From contig JBDHIK010000300.1 in assembly GCA_039587475.1 (NCBI GenBank), forward strand, positions 39,450 to 103,449: DNA of 64,000 bases, read 5' to 3'. The notes under the pieces were generated by a model that saw nothing but the letters and a program-made list of their open reading frames with translations, had not been told where the DNA came from and searched no databases. A program made the translations under genes and the position numbers. The DNA comes from Gemmatimonadota bacterium. Lineage in GTDB: Bacteria > Gemmatimonadota > Gemmatimonadetes > Gemmatimonadales > GWC2-71-9. Shown piece after piece: positions 36,810 to 46,899 of the stretch (positions are counted from its first letter, which is position 1; the number at the start of each line of letters is the position of its first letter).

Positions 36810-38861
36810 ATGAAGGTCTACGATACCACACATATCCGGAACGTTGCCTTCGTCGGACACGGTGGCAGCGGCAAGACGACTCTGGTCGATGCCCTTGCCT
36901 TCGTGTCCGGCTCCAGCCGCAGGCACGGCACAATCACTGACGGCACGACCCTGACGGACTACTCCCAGGATGAAATCGAACGGCAACACTCCATCGGATT
37001 GGGGATGGGGTTCGCCGAGTGGATGGACACCAAGATCAACATGATCGACACGCCCGGTTACCTCGACTTCTTTGGCGAGGCGGTTACCGGATTGCATGCG
37101 GCCGACGCCGCCGTCGTGGTGCTCAGTGGCACCGGCGGTGTGGAAGTCGGCACGGAGAAGGTGTGGGAGATGTGTGACCGGCTGCATCTTCCGCGGATGC
37201 TGTTCGTGTCGCTGATGGACAAGGAGCATGCGGACTTCGAGCGAGTCTTCGCCGACGTGAAGGAGCATCTCTCGCCCAAGGTGTTGCCGGTCGAGATTCC
37301 CGTCGGAGACGGCCATGACTTCCATGGCATCATCAATCTGTTTTCGGGCAAAGCGCACATGTACAAGGCCGGCACACCGACCGGCGAGTACGACGAGGTG
37401 GATGTCCCCGACGAATATGCCGAACGATTTCGTGCCTACAGCGAACAGCTGACCGAGACCGTGGCTTCGACGGATGACACGCTCATCGAACGGTATCTCG
37501 AAGGGGAATCGATTTCCCGGGCCGAAGTGATCACGACCATGAAGCGGGCTATGCTCGCCGGCGAGATCGTGCCACTCTTCGTTGGCAGCGGGGAACTCAC
37601 CTTCGGCATGCGGGCGCTGTTGGCCAAGATGGTGGAACTGTTGCCTTCTCCCGACGAGGTGGAGACCCCCTCGGACGCCCCGCTTGTCGGACGTGTCTTC
37701 AAGACGGTGTCCGAGCCGCATGTCGGCGACGTGAGCCTGTTCCGGGTCTATCAGGGCACGATCAAGAACGGCGATGCGGTGTTTAACGCCGAACACGAGG
37801 TGGTGGAAAAGCTGAACCATCTGTCGGTGCAGCAGGGTCGTGACCGGCACGAGGTGGCCGAATTGGCGCGCGGAGACATCGGGTCCGTCGCCAAGCTGAA
37901 GGACACCCATACCAACGACACCTTCTGTAGCCAGGCGACACCGGTGCATCTCGACCCGATCCCGTTTCCCGAACCCGTCGCAACCTCAGCTGTCCGGGTC
38001 AAGGCCCGGGGCGAGGAGGACAAGCTGGCGGCAGGGCTCCACAAGTTGCACGAGGAGGATCCCACGTTCCACTTCGAGTACAACTCGGAATTGGGGCAGA
38101 CCTTGATCCACGGAATGGGGGAGCGGCACTTCGAGATCCTGCTGAAACGCCTCGAAGGGAAATTCGGGGTCGCGGCCGAACTCCTGCGCCCCAAGATCGC
38201 CTATCGGGAGACCTTGCGAGGACGGGCCGAGGGGCAGGGCAAGCACAAGAAACAGTCGGGAGGGCGGGGCCAGTTCGGTGACTGCTGGATTCGCCTGGCG
38301 CCGCGATCGCGAGGAGAGGGCTACGAGTTCCAGAACAAGATCGTCGGCGGCGTCATCCCCAGTAAGTATGTCCCCGCGGTCGACAAGGGCGTCCGGGAAG
38401 CCGCGGCGCGCGGTGTCGTCGCCGGATATCCGATGGTCGATTTCGCCGCCGAATGTTTCGACGGGTCCCACCATTCCGTCGACTCGAACGAGATGTCGTT
38501 CAAGATGGCGGGCATTCTGGCGTTTCGTAACGTCGCGCCTCAGGCCAGGCCCGCCCTTCTCGAGCCCCTCGACGATGTCGAAGTCTGGACACCGGAAGAC
38601 ACCCTCGGCGACGTGATGGGGGACCTGAGCGGGCGCCGGGGCCAGATCCTCGGCACGGAGCAGGACGGACGGCTGACCAAGATCACCGCCATCGTGCCGC
38701 AATCCGAACTCTATAAGTACTCCACCACGTTGCACTCCATGACCCACGGACGCGGGACGTTCCACCGCAAGTTCCACGGGTACGTGGAAGCGCCACCCGA
38801 GGTCGCCGCCAAGGTGGCCGAGGACACCAAAGCGGAGCGGACTCCCGCCGGCGCCACCTAG
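36810..38861 (+). CDS. elongation factor G paralog (EF-G-like GTPase) with degenerate G3/G4 motifs
   Basis: ATG 36810 preceded by AGGAGG; five-domain EF-G architecture; P-loop GHGGSGKTT; switch II DTPGYLDF (canonical DTPGHVDF); G4 SLMD (canonical NKMD); the 301 upstream codons of ORF 35907..38861 overlap SDR gene antisense and are not coding. Confidence 0.9.
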   Translation: MKVYDTTHIRNVAFVGHGGSGKTTLVDALAFVSGSSRRHGTITDGTTLTDYSQDEIERQHSIGLGMGFAEWMDTKINMIDTPGYLDFFGEAVTGLHAADAAVVVLSGTGGVEVGTEKVWEMCDRLHLPRMLFVSLMDKEHADFERVFADVKEHLSPKVLPVEIPVGDGHDFHGIINLFSGKAHMYKAGTPTGEYDEVDVPDEYAERFRAYSEQLTETVASTDDTLIERYLEGESISRAEVITTMKRAMLAGEIVPLFVGSGELTFGMRALLAKMVELLPSPDEVETPSDAPLVGRVFKTVSEPHVGDVSLFRVYQGTIKNGDAVFNAEHEVVEKLNHLSVQQGRDRHEVAELARGDIGSVAKLKDTHTNDTFCSQATPVHLDPIPFPEPVATSAVRVKARGEEDKLAAGLHKLHEEDPTFHFEYNSELGQTLIHGMGERHFEILLKRLEGKFGVAAELLRPKIAYRETLRGRAEGQGKHKKQSGGRGQFGDCWIRLAPRSRGEGYEFQNKIVGGVIPSKYVPAVDKGVREAAARGVVAGYPMVDFAAECFDGSHHSVDSNEMSFKMAGILAFRNVAPQARPALLEPLDDVEVWTPEDTLGDVMGDLSGRRGQILGTEQDGRLTKITAIVPQSELYKYSTTLHSMTHGRGTFHRKFHGYVEAPPEVAAKVAEDTKAERTPAGAT

Positions 38862-38929
38862 GAGACAATCCACGCCGCGGGAGCCTCATGTGTCTGAAGA
38901 GGTTCCCGCGGCCATCCCGACCCTTCCAT

Positions 38930-39025
38930 GCCTCGATCCGCTTGCCCCCGGTAATTCCGACTAATAGATTCCGATATCAAAACTAGTTGATAATCAATCT
39001 CATTTACGGGATCGACACTACCTCT
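38930..39025 (+). promoter_or_regulatory. AT-rich promoter island upstream of porin operon containing inverted repeat TTGATaATCAA (38987-38997)
   Basis: Local AT-rich stretch (ctaatagattccgatatcaaaactagttgataatcaatctcatttac) in a ~70% GC genome; perfect 5-bp inverted repeat with 1-nt spacer. Confidence 0.4.
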
Positions 39026-40489
39026 ATGCCTGGTGCAGTTCTGAGCCTCATCGGGACCCCCCCGCTCTTGGGTGTCCGCAGTCGCCCACGACGGATAGGA
39101 CGCCGCACCCTGCCGGCCCTGGCGATAGCGCTCGCCGCTCTGGCCGGCCTCGGTGTGCCACGAGCCGCCGCACAGGAATCCGACAGCATCAGGATCGAGA
39201 CCCTGGAACGTCAGGTGGCGGGCCTCCAGGCCCAGCTGGACTCGCTGCGCGGGGCAGCGCCCGACGCCGAGCGGCTGGACGAGCTGAGGCGTCAGATCGA
39301 CGCCATCAGCCGGCAGATCGAATCACTACAACTGGGACAGGACGTCGTGGAGGCGCGCGATGGCCGGTTCGGGCTCGGGCCTGCCGCCTCGAAGGTGTAT
39401 CAGGTGGAGCGTGGAGTCTCGATCGGTGGATATGGCGAGATGCTGTATCGCAACTACTCGAAGACACGACAGGACGGCAGCGCGTCCGGGGAGAAAGACC
39501 AACTCGACTTCCTGCGCGGCGTGTTCTACGTCGGCTACAAGTTCAACGACAGGATCCTCTTCAATTCGGAGATCGAACTGGAGCACGCCGCCACTAGCAA
39601 CAGCGGCTCGGTATCCCTGGAGTTCGCCTATCTGGACTTCTTCTTCACGTCGTGGCTGGGGGCCCGGGGCGGCTTGGTACTGATTCCCATGGGTTTTCTC
39701 AACGAACTTCACGAGCCTCCCATCTACCTTGGCACCGAGCGTCCAGAAACCGAGCGCCTCATCATTCCGACGACATGGCGAGAGAATGGGGTCGGGGTGT
39801 TCGGAGAAACCGGAGGCTTCGCCTTCCGGGGGTTTGTCGTCAATTCGTTCGATGCCGTGGGAGGCGGCACGTCCAACGCCAAGGGCTTCAATGCCGAGGG
39901 CCTGCGCGACGGTCGCCAGAAAGGCTCCAAGGCGGTCATCGAGAACGTGGCCGGGGTGGCTCGGCTGGACTACGTGGGGCAGCGTGGTGCGACGATCGGG
40001 CTGTCGGCATTCTACGGGAATACCGGACAGGGGAATACCGATCCGGCCGGTCAGGTCATCGCCGCACCGACCTTCATCGGCGAAGTACACGCGGAGTACC
40101 GCTCACGGGGGTGGTGGCTTCGCGGCCTGTACACCTTGTCCACCGTTGGAGACGTCCCCCAGCTCAACGCGGCCCGGAACCTCACCGGTGCGGAGTCCAT
40201 CGGTGAGCGTCTCACCGGGTGGTATCTCGAGGCCGGTTACGATGTGTTGCGATCCGTGGCGACGACTCACCAGCTGATTCCCTACCTGCGCTACGAACAG
40301 CTCAATACGCAGGACCAGGTGCCGGCAGGGTTCAGCGCCAATCCCGCGAACGACCAGACCATCACGACGGTGGGCGCCATGTGGAAGCCCATCGCCAACA
40401 TTTCCGTCAAGGCGGACTACCAGATCCGGACCAACGGCGCTCGGACCGGTGTCGATCGGCTCAACCTCAACCTCGGGTACCTGTTTTGA
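39026..40489 (+). CDS. outer-membrane porin with N-terminal coiled coil (phosphate-selective-porin O/P-like)
   Basis: Signal peptide (RRIGRRTLPALAIALAALAGLGVPRAAAQ); coiled coil IETLERQVAGLQAQLDSLRG...; beta-barrel pattern ending ...LNLNLGYLF; start may instead be TTG ~39068. Confidence 0.7.
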   Translation: MPGAVLSLIGTPPLLGVRSRPRRIGRRTLPALAIALAALAGLGVPRAAAQESDSIRIETLERQVAGLQAQLDSLRGAAPDAERLDELRRQIDAISRQIESLQLGQDVVEARDGRFGLGPAASKVYQVERGVSIGGYGEMLYRNYSKTRQDGSASGEKDQLDFLRGVFYVGYKFNDRILFNSEIELEHAATSNSGSVSLEFAYLDFFFTSWLGARGGLVLIPMGFLNELHEPPIYLGTERPETERLIIPTTWRENGVGVFGETGGFAFRGFVVNSFDAVGGGTSNAKGFNAEGLRDGRQKGSKAVIENVAGVARLDYVGQRGATIGLSAFYGNTGQGNTDPAGQVIAAPTFIGEVHAEYRSRGWWLRGLYTLSTVGDVPQLNAARNLTGAESIGERLTGWYLEAGYDVLRSVATTHQLIPYLRYEQLNTQDQVPAGFSANPANDQTITTVGAMWKPIANISVKADYQIRTNGARTGVDRLNLNLGYLF

Positions 40490-40503
40490 GGCTGTGGTAT
40501 GCG

Positions 40504-41043
40504 ATGGTGCTGACCGCCACCGTGACCGGCGCGGCCTGGGGACAGGGGGTGGTCACCCAGGAGGAGGCCTTGGCGCAGGCGGTGCCGGGGGCTATCTGGG
40601 ATCGCCGGACGGCCTACCTGTCGGAGCAGGACCTGGTGGCCATTGCCGGTCTGGCACATCCAACGGCCGCGCACGATCGGCCGGTCGTCAGTTACTACCT
40701 GGCCTGCCAGAACGGTATCGCCAGTCATGTGGCCTATTTCGAGGCCCATCCGGTACGCACGCTCCCGGAAGTCTTGATGGTCGTCGTCGGGCCCGATGGC
40801 CGGGTGGAGCGGGTCGCCGTCCTGAAGTTCTCGGAGCCACCGGAGTATAGGGCCCCGGAAGGCTGGCTTCGACAGTTCGTGGATCACGGTCTGGATGACG
40901 CACTATCCCTGAAGCAGGACATCGATGGCATGACCGGGGCGACGCTCACCGCCAACGCGGTGACGGACGCCGTGCGGAGGCTCCTTGCACTCCACGCTCA
41001 CCTCGATCCCTTCGAGACAGGCGCGGGCGGGGCCGCACCGTGA
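40504..41043 (+). CDS. FMN-binding domain (FMN_bind) extracytoplasmic protein with flavinylation motif
   Basis: Signal-like N-terminus MVLTATVTGAAWGQG; FMN_bind fold pattern; DGMTGATLTANAV contains the [S/T]GA[T/S] ApbE flavinylation motif; alternative TTG start at 40486 overlaps porin stop. Confidence 0.7.
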   Translation: MVLTATVTGAAWGQGVVTQEEALAQAVPGAIWDRRTAYLSEQDLVAIAGLAHPTAAHDRPVVSYYLACQNGIASHVAYFEAHPVRTLPEVLMVVVGPDGRVERVAVLKFSEPPEYRAPEGWLRQFVDHGLDDALSLKQDIDGMTGATLTANAVTDAVRRLLALHAHLDPFETGAGGAAP

Positions 41044-41561
41044 GCCGGTTCGAGCGCTGGAACCTGTGGGTGACCTCGGCACTCGTCGTGATTACGGGGA
41101 TTGGCCTCTTCGGCGTCAAGTACCTCATGACCCCAGTCGAGCCATGGGCGGTCATCAACCACCCGGTCCAACCGTGGTTGCTCAAGACCCACATCCTCGT
41201 CGCGCCATTCATGGTCTTTGCGGTCGGCAGCATCACCCTGCGCCATGTGTGGCAACACTATCGCAGCGGACAGCCGCAGGGCCGCACCAGCGGGATAGCC
41301 ACCGCGCTCGTGGTGGTCCCCATGATCGTGACGGGGTACCTGATCCAGGTCGTCACGTCTGTCGGATGGTTGCAGGCGATGGTGGTCGTCCACCTCGTCA
41401 CCGGGACGGTGTACGCCCTGGCGTTGAGCCTTCACCAGGCGGCGAATCGGTCCAGGGGGCCCTCGGATGTCCGGCCCGAGCCTCCGCGCCCTGCTCGGCG
41501 CCCGCGCCGAGACAGCCCCCGGCGCGGCCGAGCCCCCGATCGACCTCACGCCACGCCCTAG
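41040..41561 (+). CDS. 4-TM membrane protein with conserved intramembrane His (DUF4405-like / putative b-type haem membrane protein)
   Basis: GTGA start/stop overlap with FMN_bind gene; four predicted TM helices carrying His (KTHILVAPF, LRHVWQHY, VVVHLVTG); Arg/Pro-rich C-terminal tail. Confidence 0.55.
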   Translation: MSRFERWNLWVTSALVVITGIGLFGVKYLMTPVEPWAVINHPVQPWLLKTHILVAPFMVFAVGSITLRHVWQHYRSGQPQGRTSGIATALVVVPMIVTGYLIQVVTSVGWLQAMVVVHLVTGTVYALALSLHQAANRSRGPSDVRPEPPRPARRPRRDSPRRGRAPDRPHATP

Positions 41562-41567
41562 AACGTC

Positions 41568-42149
41568 CTAGTCGGCGGGATCCCGGTCCGGGGTCAGCAT
41601 GCTCGTTTCGGGATAGGCCCTGGCACCGGGGAAATCTGCCGCGACGGTCTTGCGCTTCCCCACCCACTCCTCGATGTCGACCCGAAACACGGAAGTGCGC
41701 TTGAGCTCTTCCGCGGTGATGGCATGGTAGTCACGTCCCGGGGCCAGGTCGTCGAAGTACTTGTCCAGCAACAGCTGCAGTCCGTACTCGGCTTCGCCGG
41801 GGACCGTGACCACCTGCCCGCGCCCGAAGGCCATGACGGAGGCGTATTCGGTACTGAACTCGAGCGCGGTGTCCGCCGGAAGGAGCCGGCCCAGCTCCAT
41901 GACCGTAAAGGCGACGCGATCGTTGCGTTCGACGACGTCTCGGGTATGCCCCCGCCGAGCGGTGTGCAGATAGATGGCGTGACGGGCCTCGTCATAGACG
42001 AACAGGTTGGCATTCAGGAACGGCTGACCGTCCTGGACGGTGGCAAGCACTCCGGTTGCCGCCGTGCTCAGCATGGCCTTCATCCAGGCCTCATCCTGAA
42101 CGGCGCGGTCTCGTCTGCGGACTTCCGTGCGGTCGCCGGGTTGGGCCAT
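41568..42149 (-). CDS. pyridoxamine 5'-phosphate oxidase family FMN-binding split-barrel protein
   Basis: 193 aa; PNPOx-like pattern ...ATVQDGQPFLNANLFVYDEARHAIYLHTARRGHTRDVV... Confidence 0.75.
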   Translation of the reverse strand: MAQPGDRTEVRRRDRAVQDEAWMKAMLSTAATGVLATVQDGQPFLNANLFVYDEARHAIYLHTARRGHTRDVVERNDRVAFTVMELGRLLPADTALEFSTEYASVMAFGRGQVVTVPGEAEYGLQLLLDKYFDDLAPGRDYHAITAEELKRTSVFRVDIEEWVGKRKTVAADFPGARAYPETSMLTPDRDPAD

Positions 42150-42180
42150 GGCGCCCCCAGAGCGGTGGGTTGAGGGTGGA

Positions 42181-42210
42181 ACGTGAAACCGCCCGGCGAC
42201 GGCCGGGCGG
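42181..42210 (-). terminator. candidate rho-independent terminator after folA (thyA-folA operon)
   Basis: Perfect 9-bp GC stem CCGCCCGGC-GACG-GCCGGGCGG at ~42189-42210, followed on the minus strand by UUUCACGUU; ~115 nt downstream of folA stop. Confidence 0.35.
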
Positions 42211-42324
42211 GGCTCTCAAAACGCAGCGAGGTTCGTCGCTTCGCTCGTACAATCTGGTGCTGACTCCGATCCCACCGCTGCTTGTGGATCGGGCTCGCTG
42301 TGATCCGAAAGCGCTACCCGAAAA

Positions 42325-42855
42325 CTAGCCTCTTCCCGTCGGCGGGACCACTGCCTCGCCAGTGGCGCTGCGCACACGATCCAACTGCTGGAACGTGAAG
42401 TCGTAGGGGTGCTGGGCATCGGCGCTATGACGTTCCTCCCAAACCAGTCGCCATTGGGTGGGATCCCAGGTCGGGAAGGTGACGTCCCCCTCCACGGTGG
42501 CGTGGACTCGGGTCAGGTAGAGCCGGTTCGCCAGCGGCAGGGCTTCCCGGTAGATGGCGGCTCCCCCCACGATGAACACCTCCGCCTCGTCGCTCACCAG
42601 GGCCAGGGCGGCCTCGAGGCTCCCGGCGACGTCGACGCCGGCACTTCGGTACTCCGTGTTGCGGCTGACGACGATAGTCCGGCGCTTGGGAAGCGGCTTC
42701 CCGATCGATTCGAAGGTCTTCCGGCCCATGATGATGGCATGGCCAGTCGTCAGACGTTTGAACCACTGCAGATCCAGGGGAAGCCGCCACGGCAGGTCGC
42801 CGTCCCGCCCGATGACGCCGTTTTCCGCGGCGGCCACCAGGAGGGCGATGATCAC
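42325..42855 (-). CDS. folA: dihydrofolate reductase
   Basis: [52 protein letters not shown]... canonical DHFR N-terminus; 4-nt overlap with thyA. Confidence 0.9.
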   Translation of the reverse strand: MIIALLVAAAENGVIGRDGDLPWRLPLDLQWFKRLTTGHAIIMGRKTFESIGKPLPKRRTIVVSRNTEYRSAGVDVAGSLEAALALVSDEAEVFIVGGAAIYREALPLANRLYLTRVHATVEGDVTFPTWDPTQWRLVWEERHSADAQHPYDFTFQQLDRVRSATGEAVVPPTGRG

Positions 42856-43646
42856 ACTGCCACCGTGGCTCGGATGGCGGGGTGTGGGTCGTATCCGTGC
42901 AGGGTGAAGTCTTCGAACACGAAGTCATCGAGAGACGTCACGTCCGGCCTGATCTCCATGGTCGGGAGGGACCGAGGTTCGCGCCCCAATTGGGTGCGCA
43001 CCTGCTCGAAGTGGTTGCGGTAGATATGCGCGTCGCCGAACGTATGGATGAATTCTCCCGGTGCCAACCCGGTGACCTGGGCCATCATCATCGTCAAGAG
43101 TGCGTAGGATGCGATGTTGAACGGTACGCCGAGAAAGAGATCGGCGCTGCGCTGATAGAGTTGGCACGACAAGCGGCCGTCCGCGACATGGAACTGGAAC
43201 AGGGTGTGGCACGGGGCGAGGGCCATCTTGGGGAGCTCGGATACATTCCAGGCGCTCACGATCAGGCGCCGGGAGTTGGGGTTGGCGCGGATCTCCTCGA
43301 CGACTCGCGCGATCTGGTCGATCGATCCACCCTCCCGCGTCGGCCACGACCGCCACTGGGCTCCATAGATCGGCCCCAGGCTCCCCTCGGAGTCGGCCCA
43401 CTCATCCCAGATGGTGACGCCGCGCTCGTTCAGCCAGCCGACGTTGCTTTCTCCCCTGAGAAACCACAGGAGTTCATGGATGATGGACTTGAGGTGCACC
43501 TTCTTGGTCGTCACCAGAGGAAAACCGTCCGCCAGATCGAACCGGAGCTGATGGCCGAAGATCGCCACGGTCCCGGTGCCGGTCCGGTCTGCCCGGGCCA
43601 CCCCGGTGTCGAGCACGGTCTGCAGCAGATCGAGATAGCTTCGCAT
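42852..43646 (-). CDS. thyA: thymidylate synthase
   Basis: 264 aa; ...[59 protein letters not shown]... ThyA active-site region. Confidence 0.95.
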   Translation of the reverse strand: MRSYLDLLQTVLDTGVARADRTGTGTVAIFGHQLRFDLADGFPLVTTKKVHLKSIIHELLWFLRGESNVGWLNERGVTIWDEWADSEGSLGPIYGAQWRSWPTREGGSIDQIARVVEEIRANPNSRRLIVSAWNVSELPKMALAPCHTLFQFHVADGRLSCQLYQRSADLFLGVPFNIASYALLTMMMAQVTGLAPGEFIHTFGDAHIYRNHFEQVRTQLGREPRSLPTMEIRPDVTSLDDFVFEDFTLHGYDPHPAIRATVAV

Positions 43647-43648
43647 GG

Positions 43649-45265
43649 TCAGTTCCAGTCAGCCAGGCCGAGCCGGGGCCTCGAGTACTCGGCAGCACTC
43701 TCGAGGCGCCGTAAGGCAGCGGCGATGTCGTTGGGAAGGACGGCGACGCCCGCTCCCGTCTTGAGCCGCTCGAGTGGGGCCCAGTCCTGTGGAAATATGG
43801 TGCCGGGGTTCAGCATGTGCCCGGGGTCGAAGGCGTCCTTGACCTGGAGCAACAGGGTCATGACCTCCCCTCCATAGACACGTTCCACCAGTCCGGCACG
43901 AAGCCGTCCATCGCCATGTTCGCCGGCGGTGGTCCCGCCAAGGCGCAGCACTTCGTCGGTCACCTCGAAGAGCAGGGCGCGCACGGCCTCCTCCCAGCCA
44001 GGGTCGGACACATCCGGGAGGAGGTTCACATGCAAATGCCCGTCACCGGCATGCCCGAATATAACGACGGGAATCCCGGCGTTCTTCGCCGCCGCCCGGA
44101 TGAAGGAGAGGTAGTCGGTCAGTCGCTCGAGCGGAACACACCCGTCCTCGATGACTTGCAAGGAACGTCGCGAGTCGGGGAGGCGCGCCAGGGTGGGGCT
44201 GGCAGCGTGGCGGAGCCGCCAGAGTTCGGCGACCTCCTCGGCGGTCAGCGCGGTGCGGACGTCATCGACCCGGTCCTCGATCGCCCGCACCGCATCACCC
44301 ACCCTGCCACGGAGCGCGGCCTGGTCGTCGCCCTCGAACTCCACCAGTAACACGGCGTCACCGCCGGGTCGCTGTTCTTCCGGGACGACCTCCAGAAAGC
44401 TTCGATCCAGGAGTTCCACCGCGGAGGGGCCCAGGCGCAACAGTGCCGTCACCACCTCGACCAGCGCCGACAGGTCTCGCAATTGCACCAGCATGCCGGC
44501 CTGGTGCCCTGGAATCGGGGCCAGGCGCCACTCGATGCTGGTGATGAGGCCCAGGGTTCCCTCTGATCCGATGATGAGGTCGAGCACGTCGCCCGAGTCG
44601 AGATAGGCATCCAGCCCCAGCCCGGCAGTGTTCTTCGTGGTCCTGGGGAACCGGCTCCGGATGAGACGCCGCGCCTTGTGGATACCATCCGCCACGCCGT
44701 CCTGGAACCGCACCAGGGCGGCGCAGTCCATAAGCGCCGCTCCGCGCTCCAGACGCGCCGGTTCCCCATCGGCCGTAACCATTTCGACGGCTCGGACCCA
44801 GGCGCGGACTGGTCCGTGCCGGAGCGATCGTGCGCCTGCGGCGTTGGTGGCAACCATGCCACCCAACGTAGCGAAGGCGCCACTGGACGGGTCCGGAGGG
44901 AGTCGCAGGCCATGGATTGCCGCGGCCTCGGTCAACCTCCCCCAGGTGACGCCAGGCCGGGTCACCGCCACAGCGGCTTGGGGATCGACCGTCACCTCCG
45001 CTCCCCCAAGCTGGTTGAGGTCGACGATGACACCGCTCCCCACGGAACTTCCCGAGACCGCGCTCCCGGCGCCTCGGGCGATCAGGGGGTGGCCCTGTGA
45101 CCGAGCCCAGGTCACCAGAGTACGGAGGTCCCGGTCGGTTTCCGGTATGGCGACCGCCATGGGCATCATGCGATAGATGCCTGCGCCCTCGGCATAGGCG
45201 GCCCGGGCCCGCTGGTCGGTTCGGAAGATCCCTTCGAATCCGGGTGGGGCTGCGACCGTTGCCAT
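43649..45265 (-). CDS. FAD-linked oxidase (GlcD / D-lactate dehydrogenase-like)
   Basis: FAD_binding_4 region ...[12 protein letters not shown]... and C-terminal FAD-oxidase_C (...[11 protein letters not shown]...[14 protein letters not shown]...). Confidence 0.85.
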   Translation of the reverse strand: MATVAAPPGFEGIFRTDQRARAAYAEGAGIYRMMPMAVAIPETDRDLRTLVTWARSQGHPLIARGAGSAVSGSSVGSGVIVDLNQLGGAEVTVDPQAAVAVTRPGVTWGRLTEAAAIHGLRLPPDPSSGAFATLGGMVATNAAGARSLRHGPVRAWVRAVEMVTADGEPARLERGAALMDCAALVRFQDGVADGIHKARRLIRSRFPRTTKNTAGLGLDAYLDSGDVLDLIIGSEGTLGLITSIEWRLAPIPGHQAGMLVQLRDLSALVEVVTALLRLGPSAVELLDRSFLEVVPEEQRPGGDAVLLVEFEGDDQAALRGRVGDAVRAIEDRVDDVRTALTAEEVAELWRLRHAASPTLARLPDSRRSLQVIEDGCVPLERLTDYLSFIRAAAKNAGIPVVIFGHAGDGHLHVNLLPDVSDPGWEEAVRALLFEVTDEVLRLGGTTAGEHGDGRLRAGLVERVYGGEVMTLLLQVKDAFDPGHMLNPGTIFPQDWAPLERLKTGAGVAVLPNDIAAALRRLESAAEYSRPRLGLADWN

Positions 45266-45272
45266 GGTTGCG

Positions 45273-46346
45273 TTACGACCACCGGCTCAGTCGCCGGAAG
45301 TACCAGCGAATCAGGGTGTTGCTCGGGGCGACGAAAAAGCTCATGGCCAGAATACGGTAGACCTCTCGGCGAGAGATCTTGACGGTACGCCCTTCGACGA
45401 GGCCGCCGTCTTCAGCGGCAGCCAGTCGCAGCGTCCGCACGGCGAAGAACAGCGATGTCATGCAGAAGAGCCGCACCCGGTACTGCGTGGCCGGCAGCGT
45501 GGTGGTGTAGTCCAGGGCGTCCTGCAAATGCCCACGCGCCTTGGTGATGAGCTCCGCGAACACCCTTCGTGACGGTTCCTGCCGATCGGGCCCGAACAGG
45601 CTCTCGACGTCGATGCCCTCTCGTTCGCACAGCTCTCGGGGGATGAAGCTCCAACCCCGACGATGATCCTGGGAGGCGTCCTTGATGATGTTCGTGAGCT
45701 GGAGGCCCAGGCCGAAACTGGTCGCGTTGGCCGAAAGGCGGGGGATGCGATCCTGATCTCGCCGTCGAAACCTGAGACCATACAGGCCGGTCAGGAGATG
45801 CCCTACCGTCCCGGCGACGTAGTAGCAGTAGCGGTCGAGATCCTCCAGGGTCGCCAGGGTCGGCAAGCCGCTGTCGGACCCTTCAGGCCCGCGGCTGAAT
45901 TCGATCATCCCCCGGGCCATTTCTTCGACCCAGGGCCGGATCGCCTCCTGCTCGGCCGGCGTCAATCGCTGGAAGGTTCGGAGCACCCGGTCGGCGTGAC
46001 GGCACAGGTGGTCTTCGGCGTTCCCCGACGCGTCGAAGGTCCGGCGCAAGTATTCCACGTCGTCCCCGGGGGATCGCAGAGACAGGGCGAACTGTTCCAG
46101 GAGATGATGCTTGTCTGCCAGCGGGAGCGTGGCGTCATCCTCGATCGTGTCGGCAATCCGGCACAGGAGATACGACACGGTCACGGATCGCTTGAGATCC
46201 GCGGGAAGGAGTCGGATGCACAACGCGAAGGTGCGTGACACCTTCGGCAAGGCCGCCACACAATAGGCCCAATCAGCGCCCGCGTCCGCCGGGTGCGGTG
46301 CCAGGGGCGGGGTCTCCGGAGTCTGAGGTCGAACGCTGGATGTCAC
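45273..46346 (-). CDS. squalene/phytoene synthase family (trans-isoprenyl diphosphate synthase, head-to-head)
   Basis: ...VSRTFALCIRLLP...YLLCRIADTIEDD... and ...YCYYVAGTVGHLL... Asp-rich motifs of SQS/PSY family. Confidence 0.85.
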   Translation of the reverse strand: MTSSVRPQTPETPPLAPHPADAGADWAYCVAALPKVSRTFALCIRLLPADLKRSVTVSYLLCRIADTIEDDATLPLADKHHLLEQFALSLRSPGDDVEYLRRTFDASGNAEDHLCRHADRVLRTFQRLTPAEQEAIRPWVEEMARGMIEFSRGPEGSDSGLPTLATLEDLDRYCYYVAGTVGHLLTGLYGLRFRRRDQDRIPRLSANATSFGLGLQLTNIIKDASQDHRRGWSFIPRELCEREGIDVESLFGPDRQEPSRRVFAELITKARGHLQDALDYTTTLPATQYRVRLFCMTSLFFAVRTLRLAAAEDGGLVEGRTVKISRREVYRILAMSFFVAPSNTLIRWYFRRLSRWS

Positions 46347-46399
46347 GGCTGGAAGTTAGTTGCGGGCCATTGGCGCAGCCACCGGGCCAGAAGAACGAC

Positions 46400-46897
46400 T
46401 CAGCCCCCCGTCCTGGTGCCATAGCGCAGTCGTATCGCCTCCAGGCTGCGGATGACGCGGAGCAGGGCGGGGTTGTCGTTGGGCACCTGTTGATCCAGCT
46501 CCCTGGGTGGCAGTGACGGATCGGCCAGAGGCCGATACACCAGCTCGACCGTCACGTGGCTGTGTCGCGGAGCCCCAGGCTCGACCCAGCCTTGCAGCCT
46601 CACGACATCGGGGCCGAGGGGCCAGGCCTCGGTGGGATCGCCAGTGTTCGCGTCGAACCACGGCGAGGCCAGGTAGCCGTCCTGGGGCTCAACGATGTCC
46701 ACCGGAATGGAATCCAGAGACAACTGATCGGCCACCTCCTGGGTGGCCCGAGCGCGTTCCAGTCCCAACTCGATTCTCACGGCCCCGGTGACGGGCACGA
46801 CCTGCGGTGGCCGGGTGCTGTTGGGGTTGCAACCCGCCACCCCCGCCACCACGACGACGGCCACTCGCCGCGCCAGGCCCCCGCGCTCGCCGGGCAC
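46400..46897 (-). CDS. hypothetical lipoprotein
   Basis: GTG 46897 gives MPGERGGLARRVAVVVVAGVAGC lipobox; the upstream 196 codons of ORF 46400..47485 overlap hbd in a different frame. Confidence 0.4.
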   Translation of the reverse strand: MPGERGGLARRVAVVVVAGVAGCNPNSTRPPQVVPVTGAVRIELGLERARATQEVADQLSLDSIPVDIVEPQDGYLASPWFDANTGDPTEAWPLGPDVVRLQGWVEPGAPRHSHVTVELVYRPLADPSLPPRELDQQVPNDNPALLRVIRSLEAIRLRYGTRTGG

Positions 46898-46899
46898 GT

